This document shows, one piece after another, positions 39,096 through 52,336 of a stretch of 64,000 nucleotides of DNA. Made by a program: the position numbers and the translations under genes. Position 1 is the first letter of the stretch. The number at the start of each line of letters is the position of its first letter. This DNA comes from Eledone cirrhosa. Taxonomy: Eukaryota. Location of the stretch: the NCBI GenBank assembly GCA_964016885.1, contig OZ024744.1, forward strand, positions 40,548,001 through 40,612,000, in the 5' to 3' direction. Below the pieces are notes generated by a model. That model was not told the DNA's origin, did no database searches, and was given only the letters and a program-made list of their open reading frames with translations.

Positions 39096-39909
39096 CTATT
39101 TTTATGCTATTTCAAGTGATAGACTAATATATTTCTTCAATGTACTGTGTAGTTTGCTTTGTTATTTCTGTTTACCTTTTACTTAATTATATATACATAT
39201 ATATTAACATTCACACATACACATACTTGCACACATACATGCATGCTTACACATACACACAAGTACATACATATATATATATACATACATACAAACATAC
39301 ACGCATACACATGTAAATATATACATATTTTCAATCTTTTCTACATGCATATTGCTGTCTGTTGAATGTGAGAAGTGATTTTTCTGTCTACGTTTCCATC
39401 AACATGTACAAGGCTATCCATGTAGTCAAAAGAAACCAGAACTTAAGCACTGTACTCTTAACCATACATACATACATGATAGCTGCCCCCTCGTTATCAA
39501 GTATGGCCATTGCACGTTATACCATTATTAATAATTATTAATTAATTCTATCGTGCAATACCTGTGCGTGAAGATATTATTTAAAGTGAGGAAAGACTGT
39601 GCACTGAGCCAATCCCACTCTCTGAGAGAGAGTAGCTATAACACGAAAAGAAGAAAAGATCAACATCATCAGTAACTAGTGAGCTGCAGGTTTTATATCA
39701 GAGTTATCCCAGTTTCCTGAGTTGCCTTTTCCTAGAAGAATGCCCCGACAAAGGCTATGGTCCTTCACTCCCAGTGGTTTAACCGTGCGATCGGGTGTCC
39801 AGCCTGAACGTTTCTATGTGCTTGCACATATACATACACACACAGCCATGCATATACACATATACACATACATACATATGTACATGTGTATATACATATT
39901 TACACACTT

Positions 39910-40100
39910 TTGGATGGCCGTTGACTCTTATGAGTTTTTCCGCCTTTTGTCAGGTCTTGTTTTTTGTCCTGCAGGGTGTCCAAAATCACCCACCTCACCA
40001 AGTAAACTTGGTGGGGTTGCCCATTTAGTCATCGACGACCTGACCATGCGACAGGTTGTACTGGATTACATGTTACCAGTAGCACTCAAGAGTGACCCAA
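39910..40100 (-). mobile_element. RTE 5'UTR fragment
   Basis: Reverse-complement homolog of 14325-14512. Confidence 0.75.
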
Positions 40101-40169
40101 CATACATACATATATACATACAAACATACATATATACATACAAACATACAAACATATATATATACATAC

Positions 40170-41612
40170 ATATATGACTGTAAAGTGGGGAAAAACAACA
40201 ACCCAGTCTAGCAACATTGTCATCAATGGCCTAACCTTTTCACCGATATCTGATGAGGACTGCTACAGATACCTGGGGATAGATGAGAACATATCCTATA
40301 ATGGTATCTGTAATAAGGAACGCATAACCAGGGAATACTACACCTGATTAAGAAAGATTTGGTCATCGGAACTCTCTGCGCAAAACAAAACAGTGGGTCA
40401 CAATGTGTTAGCTGTGTCTGTCCTAACACCAACGTTTGGAATACTCAATTGGACGATAGACGAAATCCGAGCAATTGATGTTAGGACTCAAAAAATACTG
40501 AACAACACTGGAAACTTCCACATCAACAGTGACATAGACCGCCTTTACTTGAAACATAAGCAGGGAGGCAGAGGCTTAACATCAGTCCAGACAACGTTTG
40601 AATGTCGCATCATATCTCTCCGACAACATCTACGAACCTCGAAGCGTAGGAGGCCGTTTCTCGAGCAAGTCTATCTGCATCAAACAGATGAGAACATGAG
40701 AGTTGGGAAGGAACTCCTTGAAAAATATTCCCTGCATGATAATCAAAAACTCACACCCATGGAAGTCACTCAACAGTATCGCAGTGAATCCATGGATGAA
40801 AAACTGCATGCTTATCAGCAAAAAATCATGCATGGATATGTTGCCAGGAAGCTCTAAAGAGAGAGTAATATACATAAAGAAAGTAGTCTATTTGGACCAA
40901 CAACTGCTATATTGGCTCCCACTTTGAAGGATACACTTTTGCAATCCAAGAACAGGAAATCAACACAATATACTTGATTCACAAAAGAGATATGGATACA
41001 GGCAAAACTCCTAGATGTGACAACAAGTGCAGACTCTGCAGAATTAACATCAAAGATGTTACCCATGTCATAAGCAGCTGTCCAAAGATGTCATCGCGGT
41101 ACTATCTACATATGAGGCATGATGTAGTGGCCAAAACACTGTACAATGCAATCCGTAGAAAAGATAGCCCCGATAATAAACACATTAAAAGCTATAGCAA
41201 TGTGGAAGACATACATATACATAATATAAAAGAGTACTGGTGGAATGTTCCAGTAAAAGCCCCAATAAAATGCAGGCATAACAAACCAGATATTATGATA
41301 TGGGACAGGGAGAAGAAAGCATGGACAGTAGTGGAAGTTAGCTGCCCAGTAGATGCCAATATAATATTAAAGATTAGCAAAAATGAGAATATTTATGCAG
41401 AACTAATGAGATACTCCACCCTGACTATACCTTCAGATTTATGCCTGTGATTATTGGGGCACTGGGATATGTTAGTAACTGCCTCAATACAAATCTTGAG
41501 AAGCTAGGCTTCACAGGAACAGAAAGAACACAACTAGTTAGGAAATTACAAGTACAATCCATTAATGGAATAGTAAAAATATGTAAAACATTCCAAAAAT
41601 TCTGCATCTAAT
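40170..41612 (+). mobile_element. R4/Dong-like non-LTR retrotransposon 3' portion with restriction-like endonuclease
   Basis: YRYLGI, DIDRLYL..GGRGL, AIQEQEI, KCRLC..DVTHVISSC, RHD, KPDI, VVEVSCP, IGALG motifs across ORFs 40393-40857 and 40974-41450. Confidence 0.9.
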
Positions 41613-41940
41613 AACTGCATATACACATGTACAGATACAAAGTATATACACATGCACACATACAACTCAAAATATACACATCCACACATACAATAACATC
41701 CATACCTGCACACATATGCATGTATTATCTACCTACGAGATATGAAGTAGTAGCCAAAACACTGTACAATGCAATATGTAGAGAGAATAGTCCTGAGAAT
41801 AAAAATATAATAAGTTACAGCTATGTGGAGGACATATGCACACATAATATGAAAGAGTAATGGTAGAATGTTTCATTCACAATCCAAACATAACAAGACA
41901 AGACATAGTGATATGGGACACGGAAAAGAAGGCATGCATA

Positions 41941-42336
41941 ATCATCATCATCATCATCATCATCATCATTTTACGACCGTTTTTCCCTGCTTGCAAGAGT
42001 GGGACAGGAACCGATTCTGGCTTGATTTCTACAGCTGGATGCCATTCCTAACACCAACCTCATTTACAGTGAGTGCTGGGTGCTCTTATTCCGTGGCACC
42101 TCCACGTCCACTTTACAGTGTGGGCTGGGTGCTTTTTTGCCATAGCACCTCCACAACCACTTTACAGTGGAATGATATGGACCCCAGTCCCTATCATCTC
42201 ATTTCTACAACTGAGTAAACTGGAGCAATGTGAAATAAAATGTCTTGCTCAAGGGAACAACACATCACCCGGTCTGAGAATTGAACTTACAACCTTTCGA
42301 TTGCAAGCCCAATGCTCTAACCACTAAGCCATGTGC
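41941..42336 (-). mobile_element. tRNA-derived SINE family S2 with (ATG)n tail
   Basis: Reverse-complement homolog of 47401-47743; A/B boxes TGGCTTAGTGG and GTTCAATTC. Confidence 0.88.
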
Positions 42337-42608
42337 TCTAACCACTAAGCCATGTGCACAATAGTCATGGAAATCAGTTACACAGTAGATATCAATATAA
42401 TGATAAAGATTAGTGAAAAGGAGAATATTTATGCTGAACTATTGAGGAATCTGCAGATACTCCACCCTGACCATACCCTTAGATTTGTACCTGTGGTCAT
42501 TGGAGCTCTTGGAGACTAACTAACTCAGTACAAATCTTGAGAAGCTGGACTTCACAGAACCAGAAAGGGAACTGCTAGTTAGGAAGTTGCATGTAGAGTC
42601 CACCAATG

Positions 42609-44970
42609 CAGGCATGTCAAACTGAGGGTCCCCCAAGGGCCACATGGGTCACATATCTGTTGTCTGAGGGCTGCACACGACAACTAATTGTACACATTAC
42701 AACTAATTAGAGTCATTTAATAAAATTTATTGCCGAAAAACATACAACGTACATACAAATGTTTTAGCAGCATTCATGAATACAAAGTAATAAAGTGGTT
42801 TGACAAGAAAATAAAATTTAAAATGGCAACATATACTTGCAGTTAACAACAGCAACAAATACATTGTACACAAATTACAACAGTTCAAAACTGAACATTT
42901 ATTTGCTACTATTCAACCATTTTTAGTGTTTTATCCTGGGGCTTGACACCTCATTTTGCTGACAATTTTTGGTATGTCTGGCTGAAATGTCTGTACACTT
43001 CTGACTTTGATCAGAGATGACAAGTATTGATCAGTCAGCCTTGTTCTCTGAGAAGTTTTTTGTTATTTTCATGAAAGAAAATAACTGTTCACACACATAG
43101 GTAGAACCAAACAGTGCCATAATCTTTGTGGCAAACTTTCTGAAGTTTTTAAACTTTTGAAAAGAAACCAGGTATCTTCACTTCAAGATACTTTGCTCTG
43201 AGTGTAGTTGATGACTGCATGTCCAATAGTTCCATCTGTAGGCTTTCTTCTGCCTTGGCAACATCAAAGGTAAATGGTGCTGAGAATAATGCAAACTGAT
43301 GTCCAAAAGATAAAACATCATAAAATCTTTCCTGAAATTCCTTTGACAACAATCTGTACTTAGTAAAGCTAAGTATAGACTCAGTATTGGCAGTGTTTTT
43401 CAGCTCTTTGCACGTAGGAAAATGAACTAAATTTTCATTTGACAACTGTGACTTCCATAAGCTTAGTTTTCTAATGAAGCACTTGATGTCATCATACAAC
43501 TAATTGATGAATTTGTTTTTACCTTGTAATTTCAAATTAGGATCAGTTAATTGTGCAGTAATATCCACAACAAAAGCCAGATCTTGGAGCCAACTTACAT
43601 CTTTTATTTCATCTGTCTTTTGACCTTTCGTCTCCAAAAACATAATTATTTCTTGTCTCAACAAATAGAATCTTTTCAGCACTTTGTGACATGACAACCA
43701 GCGGATTTCTGTGTAGAAGGGAACATTGGTGAAGTGATTATTCATATTTTCCAACAACTGGCTGAACTGACGGCGGCGGTTGAGAGCACGGCCACTGATA
43801 TAGTTCACAGTCTTTGTGACCAAGCTAAGCATATGATGCAATTAAAACATTTTTTAACACAAATTTTACTGATGAATAATACAGTGAAAATGTGCACATG
43901 ATGAACCTGGATGCGAGTTTTCTATTTTTGTTCGTAACTTGACAGTAACACCATTATGTCTGCCATATTCGCAGCACTGTCAGTAGATAAGCATGCAAGT
44001 TTATTCAAATCAAAACCATAGTCATGCAGAATCTGCTCGACTTTCTCAAAGATGTATTGGCTTGTTATAGTGTCATGCATGCGGACCAGTTCAATCAGTT
44101 CTTCATAAATATTAAATTTACTGTCACAGGCCCGGATGAAGAATGCAAGCTGTGCTATTCCAGTGATGTCAATGGTTTCATCAATAGCAATACAAAAATG
44201 TTCAAACCTATTGTTTCAGATCTCCTGACATTTCATCAATCCGTTCAACAACAGTGTTCCTGGTTAATGAAATGTCTTTGAATAACTGTGCTTTCTCTGG
44301 ACATACAATTTCAGCTGTTTTTACAAGGCATTACTTTACAAAATCTCCTTCACTGTAATATTTCCCACTCATGGCAATCATTTGGCTGAGTTCATAGCTT
44401 GCAGTAACGGAAGCAATTTTCTCTTCCTGAATTTACATAAAACAGATCTGTTGCTGTGTCAAGTTAGCCTTCAATTCCTTGAGTCTTGAAATACACATTG
44501 GGCCTTCATATTTTTCGTAAGATCGATGGTTTGTTTCGTAATGTCTTTTCAAATTGTACTCTTTTGGCATGGCGATACAGTTGTTGCAAATTAAACAGTG
44601 TATCTTTTTCTGTTCACCGTTGTGCAAAAATACTGTAATTTCCACTTTTCTTGAAACACTCGCTTTTCTTTGTTTAATTTCCTTTTTCTCTTAGCTGGAG
44701 GAGTACTAGCTATTTTAAAAGAAAAAAACTTATGAAATTTTGAAAGAAAGTTTTTTGTTTACAACTGTTAATGAGCTGTATGTGGCTTGCCGGAAGTTAA
44801 AAGTAGTTGACAAAAATCGCACAAAAAAACAATCAAATCGATTTTTTTAACTTATTTTATATTACGAAGACAAAACATGCTCATGCTATAAAAAAAACCC
44901 TTTGTGTGGGTTGCAAGTGTGCTTGCAAAGGGCCACATGCGGGCCACAGGCTGCATGTTTGATATGCCTG
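42609..44970 (-). mobile_element. hAT DNA transposon (Buster/Charlie, SPIN/GTF2IRD2-like), complete ends, decayed transposase
   Basis: TIRs CAGGCATGTCAAAC / GTTTGATATGCCTG; 8-bp TSD CACCAATG / CACTAATG; BED-like CLIC..KEYNLKRHYETNH, EIRWLS..VLKRF, DLAFVVDIT..LQGK and FGSTYVCEQLFS motifs. Confidence 0.95.
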
Positions 44971-45106
44971 CACTAATGGAACTGTAAAAATCTGTAAAAC
45001 ATTTCAGAAATTCAGCATGTAATAACATGTGTATAGTCACAGAAACTTATGTGCGTGCACATATAACTCAAAGCATACAGATCCATGTATGCAATAATAT
45101 CCATAC

Positions 45107-45222
<116 letters not shown>

Positions 45223-45684
45223 TCACATACATACTGACATACATAAGTATTTACCTTGATATTGATGTCTAAATTCTAATGAAAAAGTTTTGTTTCTATG
45301 TTAGAAACTGGCCTTCTCTCTATTGGTAGAAATTCCTAAAACAATAAAATGAGAACATACATATGTATACATACATGCACACTTGTGCTATCTTATTTAT
45401 TAAACATTGCCATATCCAGATGGTGGTTGAAACCAGCAGAAGATTATGTATGGTCTATGGGGAGGTTCTTTTGGTCTTTTTTATTGATTTTATTTTATTT
45501 TCACTCAGTTCTGCTTCAATTCTTTATCATTATTTATGATTTATGAAGAATTAAAGCACACAAATTTATTTCTTCATCATCCATCTTGTAGAATAAAAAT
45601 TTTGTTTTTGTAATTTTCCTATCCTTTTTATTGCTAATTTATAATTCATAATGAAATTATCCACTTAACTCACGAAGTCTATTT

Positions 45685-45741
<57 letters not shown>

Positions 45742-46619
45742 ATAGTAAAACAAAAAAATGCTATTAAAAATTGTTATAAAATGATTTGTAACCATCCACC
45801 TACGTGAACCTGGTGAACCTTGTTAAACATTGCCAATGCAATACACGCACACACACACATTTATTCATGCACACACATGCACACATATACATACATATAT
45901 ATGTCAATGTTTAATATATGAGATAGCATCTCTATGTATATGTGTATGTATATGTGTATGTTTGTGTGTCTACACCTATATATGTAAGTATTTGTGCACA
46001 TATATATGTGTGTGTGTGTCTGTCTGTGTGTATGTGAATATGTCTGTGTATGCATGTGTGTTGGAGGTGAATACACATGTGTGCATTAATGTGTATGTGT
46101 ATGTATGTGAGTCAAACTTTAAATTTGGTAAACTGATAAAGGCAATTGATAGTCATTTTTATTGTTTATGTGTATTAGTTAGACATAGGCAGAGCAGAGC
46201 GGAGTGGTTAACAAGTTGACTGCATAACTCCTTGAGCAAGTATCATTTACCATAGCTGCCAGTTGACCCCAAGCCTTCTACATAAAATTACATAGACAGA
46301 AACTGTGTGGAAGCCTGGTGGATGAATTTCACATGTGAATCAAAGGTCTGGCTTGTCATCAATGCCGGATTTAGGACAAATGTGGCCCTGTGCTAGTTAA
46401 GTCTTTGAACGTTTGACATTTGAAAAATTCATCCTAAAAAATGTTTTTTGCAGGAAGATGGGCGCTCCTTTGGCCAACGGGGCCTTGTACTTAAGCACAC
46501 CTAAGCACAATGGTAAATCTAACACTCTTCGTCATGACAAAATTCTTTGCAGTTTTTGTGTTATGACTTTCTACATTCTGAGTCCAAATGCTACAGAGAA
46601 AATAACTGTAACCATGATC

Positions 46620-47395
46620 TATTGTTATAAATAATAAGTCAGTTTTTAATTTTAGTCTAACTCTTCTGTAGCAATCTTTCCTAATTTCCTCTCTCATCGC
46701 TGTATTTTAGCAGTTTTATCTATTCCTAGATATTTGAATGAGTGACTGTGATTAAATTTTTTAATGTTAGTGTCTATGTCTAGTGTGCTATTCTCAGTGC
46801 TGATTAATTTGCTTTTCCTTAGATGGGCTTTGACACATTTGTCCCATACTCATCTTTATGCCCTTGCTAAAATCATGGACAACTTTTAGGAGGTTTTCTT
46901 GTTTGGTGTTATTCCTTGTAATGATTTTTAAATCCTCCATATACAGGAGATGATTTATATTATTACTATTATCATTAGTCTTATTTTCATTCCATGTTGT
47001 CACTGAATTACCAAGGACATTTCTGTGTGGTTTTGGTAAGTGCAATGCAATGCTTTTAGTGTTGTTGCTTCTATTGTATTAAGAGTACTCTTCATAATAT
47101 GTATGCAGTGCTTAGTAGTGTTGTTTTCTGTTTGCTGTATATATTTTTAAATGCAGGGCTTTTGGTTATGTATCTGTGTGTGTGTTTTTTTATCATTCCA
47201 AGAGCTCCTAATTTTATAAGGATTGTTTGTTTTCATTATTCACATTCTATCTCCAGATATTTACATTTGGATAATTTTTCATACATTTTATTTAGAAATG
47301 TATTGTCATCTGTGAAGATTGATGCATCGATTAGAATGCTTCTGTTTTCTTTGCGTTTTTTTTATTATAATATCCAATTGGTTGGTTTTGTTCTC
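46620..47395 (-). mobile_element. Old R4/Dong-like fragments
   Basis: INHLLYMEDLKI RT motif in ORF 46794-47045; GALGMIKK-like C-terminus near 47200. Confidence 0.55.
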
Positions 47396-47400
47396 CTTGT

Positions 47401-47743
47401 GGAGGCACATGGCTTAGTGGTTAGAGCATTGGCCTTGCAATCGAAAGGTTGTGAGTTCAATTCTCAGACCGGGTGATGTGTTGTTTCCTTGGGCAAGACA
47501 CTTTATTTCACATTGCTCCAGTTTACTCAGCTGTAGAAATGAGATGATAGGACTGGGGTCCCTATCATTCCACTGCAAAGTGGACGTGTAGGTGCCACGG
47601 AAAACAAAAATCACCCAGCATTCACTGTAAATGAGGTTGGTGTTAGGAAGGGCATCCAGCTGTAGAAATCAAGCCAGAATCAGTTCCCGTCCCACCCTTG
47701 CAAGCAGGGAAAGGCGGACGTAAAACGATGATGATGATGATGA
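47401..47743 (+). mobile_element. tRNA-derived SINE family S2
   Basis: tRNA-like head GGAGGCACATGGCTTAGTGGTTAGAGC..GAGTTCAATTCTC, body CCTTGGGCAAGACACT, RTE-like tail GTTAGGAAGGGCATCCAGC, (ATG)n end. Confidence 0.9.
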
Positions 47744-47834
47744 TTGTCCTTGTGTATTGGCATATCCCAGAGTATAGTTGCTTTGTCATTTTCTGACACC
47801 ATTCTGGGGTATTATTATTATTATTATTATTATT

Positions 47835-50800
47835 GAATGCCATGGTTGACGGAGGCTCGGCTCTGTAAGGTATTGTAAATTCTGACCGCTTTAACAATTG
47901 TAAATTGTTTAAAACTTTAACCAAATTGTAGACAAAAACACCCTCCTCCACGTGAGAAGGGTCGTTCTGCCCGTTATTTGGCCCTTCGGGGCTAAATAAC
48001 CCCTTATTGGGGTTTTGTGCCAAATATTTATTTTAAACCCCAAAAAAACATGGCTACAAAAAAGAATTTTCACAAGTCACTCCCACTCATTCCGTCTTCT
48101 TCTTCCTCAATCGTCACTACAGCAGAGAGAAGATTGTCTCTCTCCCTCCCTTCTTTAAATGTGTCTCTCTCCCTCCCTTCTCTTTCGCAAGCGACGCCAG
48201 TAAAGAAAAATAGTTTCCAAAATCACGTGCAAAACATGGAACATTTCTCCACGACGACGACAACGACGAAAAAGGTGTGCGGGAAATACGAAAACCCATT
48301 TCATTCGTCTGACGTCAGGATTAATAGCAGTAGCAGCCGTAATAACAGCAGCAGCAGCAACAGTGACAAGGAAAACAACAGTAGCAGCCGCAACAGCATC
48401 AGCAGCATAAACAACAACAGCATTAGCAGCAACAGCAATAACAACAGCAGCAGCAGCAACAACAATAACCACAGCAACAGCGGCGGCGGCAGTAGTCGTA
48501 GTACCTGCAGCAACAACAAAAGTAACAGCAGCTCTGACGACAACAACAACAACAACAGCAAAGAAAAACCAATCCCGTTTGCAGGTATCGCAAAGAACCT
48601 GGAAACCATCCTCATAACAAATGAGGAATTACAGGAAGCAAAGAAGATGGTCACGATAACCGGACACCGAGCAATCTGCAAGGCAGCCGAAAAATGTTTC
48701 GAGACCCAACAGCACTGTACGGTCACGTACCATACAGTAAGCACAAAATCCCGTAGGGTTGAAAGAGCCACAGAGGCTCAAATACAAAAAGCCTTAGGGT
48801 CTGTGTGGCAGCGGAAAACGCATATCACCCGAGGCAAGAAATATGCCACCGTAGACGTGCTTTTTGCCACACCCCAGGAGGCAAAGGCTCAATCCCTAGT
48901 GACCCTAAGGAGCGAGGAAATGGTGTTGGTGCCCTCCTACTGCGGGCAAAAAATTGTGAGGGTCAAACTGACCCCTCCCCCCGGGATGGCCCCTTCTTGG
49001 CTGGCCGCGTCTGTCCTCGTCGGAATCGAGGACAAAACAACTGTACTGCAAGTACAGAAAAAAGTAAGAGAAGATTGGGTCGGCACCTCCATTGAAATGT
49101 TAATCCAAACCAACCAGGAGTGCATCGAAGCTATCCCGGATGTGATAGACTTCGATAACGGCACTCAACTGCCCATAAGTGTTGAGGGCAAACGCCCGAA
49201 ATGCTTTCGCTGTGGATCGAAGACTCACCTCAGGGCCTTCTGCAACGAGAAGACCCTGAGAAAGGAGAAAACCCCCTCCTTCCGAAACCGGCTCCACGGC
49301 TACCAGCAACAGGTCATGCGGCAACCAGGAACGATAGGTCCGTGGCACCCATACCCACGCCACGGAAATCAAAAACAGCAGCAGCAGTGGAAGTATTAAC
49401 AACAACAATAGTAATACCAACTGCAGCTGCAACAGAGAATCCACTGCAAACATCACCAACAACAACAAGTGAAAGAGTGGAGCTCGTACCCCTCTCCGAC
49501 CTCACAGAATCAGACATGGAGTGTGAGGTGGGAGAGGGAAGGCAAAAAGTCGCAAGAAGGCACAAACGCAGAAGCAGCGCATCGTCGCCTTCGAAAAGGG
49601 AGGAAAGAAATGAAAAAAGGGTAAAGGCTACTGCAAAGAGACTCACAGCAGCAACACCACCAACACCATCACCACCCACACTAGCACCACCATCACCACC
49701 GGCGACAACAACAACACCTTCAACGCCACCACCACAAGCACCAACATCGCAAACACAACAAAACACACACACCCAGCAACAACGACAAGAAAATAGCAGA
49801 ACCCAACCCCACCCCCAGAAAAACAAATGCACTGCAATAAATACACACAACAAGAAACAAATGACTTACATAATTGAACACACAGACATTTCACAGCACG
49901 ACTACATAATACTAGCACCAATCAAAACACCAACGAGCATAGAAACAATACACAAACATTAAAACGAAATTCCCCAACGCAGTTGGTGATTTCAGAGACC
50001 TATGAGAGACTCTCAACCGGAGAGTATATTCGGACATACTCATAGAAGAGCCGACGACCAGCCGAAGGGACGATTCAACGGTCCCTTCACCAGACGATCA
50101 AGTGAAAAGGGATAGAGAAACCATCCTTCCTCTACGAAAAGTACGGTAAGTGGTCTTTCCCATCTTTTCCACTCCATATCAACATGACCTCACTCAGAAT
50201 AGGCAGCATAAAAGCACGTGGCTTGGGGTCATCATGGAAGCAGGACCACCTGCTCAACGACCTCAGGTCACTAAACATAGATGTAGTGGCCATCAGCGAG
50301 ACCCGAATCTCCGAAGCACGGGCCTTGGCACCGATCTTCGGCGGCTACGATGTGTACGCATCTCCCAGCTGTCCTGGATCGGGGGGGGGGGGGGGCGGAG
50401 TTGCTGTGCTTTTTCGGAGAAGTTTGGATCTCGCCATACGGGCCATCTTCCTGGACCCAGAAGGTAAGTTGGTGGTGCTGGACGTGACCAGCGGAGACGG
50501 GCAAGCTTTCAGGCTAGTGGCCGTCTATGCCCCGACAGGAGCAGGGCGGCCTGATTTTTTCCGGCGTCTGGAGACTTTTCTTGGAACGTCCTGCTCTTTA
50601 GTGTTAGTGGGCGACTGGAACGGGATCTTATATGCACGCTGGGACTGTGTGGGATTAACGGATAGGAGAGGAGGGTGCAAGAGCCTCACCAACCTGCTCA
50701 GGCGTTTTGAACTGTCTGACAGGTACCGATTGGATTTACCGAATGTGCCAATGTGGACTTGGACAAATCGCATAGGTTCATCCAGATCATATCTAGATAG

Positions 50801-52336
50801 AGTATTTTGTAGGGAAATAGATAGGTCTAGCATAGGCTGTCCACAATTCAAGATAGTCAGCTACACGGACCACAAATTCGTGATCTGTGTGCTTGACTTA
50901 GATAGGCTTCATAGACGAGGACCCGGCTACTGGAAGCTAAACGTGTCCTTACCAGCGCGCAAGGCCTACAGAGACCGGATTAGCGAACTAGTTAAGCGGG
51001 CGTTGACGGGGCCATCGTCAACAACAAGTGGTGGTTTGCTCTGAAAAGAGCGATTAGAATAGAGTCCATTAGGTTTAGTAAGGCTTTAGCAATAGAGAAA
51101 AATAGAGCAGAGGGAGAACTAGTTAGAAAATTAGACGAGGCACTTAGCAAAGGCATCGCGACCGACGTACTTGCGGCGAAATTGGCCCTTGACCAATTCT
51201 TCAATGCAAAGCACGAAGGCTGCGTTGTCAGAGCTAGGGTGCGTGCTCTCAGACACGAGGGGACGAAAGCCGTTCAATGGGCCCGAGTGGCGGAGGCGCG
51301 TCGTGGCAACAAAGCCACGATCCGGTCTTTGATGGACCACGATGGGCGTATGCTACTCGATCCCGGGCAAATGTGTGAAGCTTTTCAGCGACACTTCGCC
51401 ATTCCCGACAGATCCATCCACGACAACCTCCACCTCATGCGATACATCGTAGAGAGGGTATCTAGGGAACCTGGCACGGGTGGGTCCTTGATCAATTTAG
51501 CTCACTCGAAAGCTTTCGATAGGGTCCACCATCGTTACCTAGCGGCAGTCCTGAGGGCGGCTGGCTTTGGGCCCGTATTCAGAGGCTGGATCGCTGCCAT
51601 GCACAGCGACATCTGCTCGGTGGTGAGAGTCAACTGTCACCTTTCGGAACCGTTCAACATCATGTGCTCGGTCCGCCAAGGATGTCCCCTCTCGTCCATC
51701 TTGTACGTATTGACTCTCGAGCCATTACTGCACAAACTGGAGACGTTGAGGGGCGTCCCGCGCGAACTAGCATGCGGATGATCCGTGTCAGCATATGCGG
51801 ACGATTTCACCGTAGTGGTGTCGAACGCCAAACACATCGAGGCATATTGGCACTACACTAAGAGAATACGAAGCGGTGACAGGAGCAATGATCAACCAGG
51901 AAAAGTCAGTAGGCCTGCAGCTCAGGCTACGACATCTCCACCCCTTCCTCGACGGTGATCAGGTGTGGTCGCCGTTTTCTAGACACGTATTTCCCCAGCT
52001 CGTTTCCTTGACGGAGTTGCAGTCCTGGGTCAAGCGAAGACCAAGATTGAGCGCCTGGAGACTGGAATGTCTTCAGGCGCTCACAGCCCTCGACTAATCG
52101 GGCAATGTGATCGGTGGAAACTCCACCTCGGCGTTCTATAGAGGATTAGTGGAGGGGAAGAGCGACGATGTACTTGGGGAAACTCTAGGCGTCGACGAAA
52201 ATCAACTAGCCAATCTCTTCGGAAGAACTTTCGGGCCGGGGCCTATGGACAAATTCCAGAAATCTCTGGCCTGGTAGTTCTACCGAGGAGCCTTGCCAGT
52301 TCGGGATAAACTCTACAGGCATGGAGGTGCCGTCAG
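47835..52336 (+). mobile_element. Tx1-clade LINE copy A (two internal ORF2 deletions, 3' end missing), preceded by (ATT)n
   Basis: ORF1 48050 to about 50149 with CFRCGSKTHLRAFC; ORF2 from 50184 (AISET, VGDWN, SYLD, TDH, WKLN, KAFDRV, RQGCPLS, AYADD). Confidence 0.92.

Larger units (their letters stand above)
41720..45025 (+). mobile_element. Second, older R4/Dong 3' end interrupted by a SINE and a hAT transposon
   Basis: 41720-41940, 42360-42608 and 44979-45025 together parallel 41100-41612. Confidence 0.8.

Noticed and set aside
40250-40275. CTGATGA as an HHR core (also 29812, 35117 on the minus strand, 63954)
   Set aside because: No properly spaced stem II-GAAA-stem III. The 40250 match lies in Dong coding sequence, and 63954 is cut by the window end.
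43149-44645. Host GTF2IRD2/EPM2AIP1-like gene
   Set aside because: Frameshifted and bounded by TIRs and an 8-bp TSD, so it is a transposon copy.
47401-47470. tRNA gene
   Set aside because: The tRNA-like head continues into a SINE body and (ATG)n tail, with a second copy at 41941-42336.
48301-48771. Poly-Leu antisense ORF (and poly-Cys ORF at 63585-63827)
   Set aside because: Antisense translations of (AAC/AGC)n low-complexity tracts.
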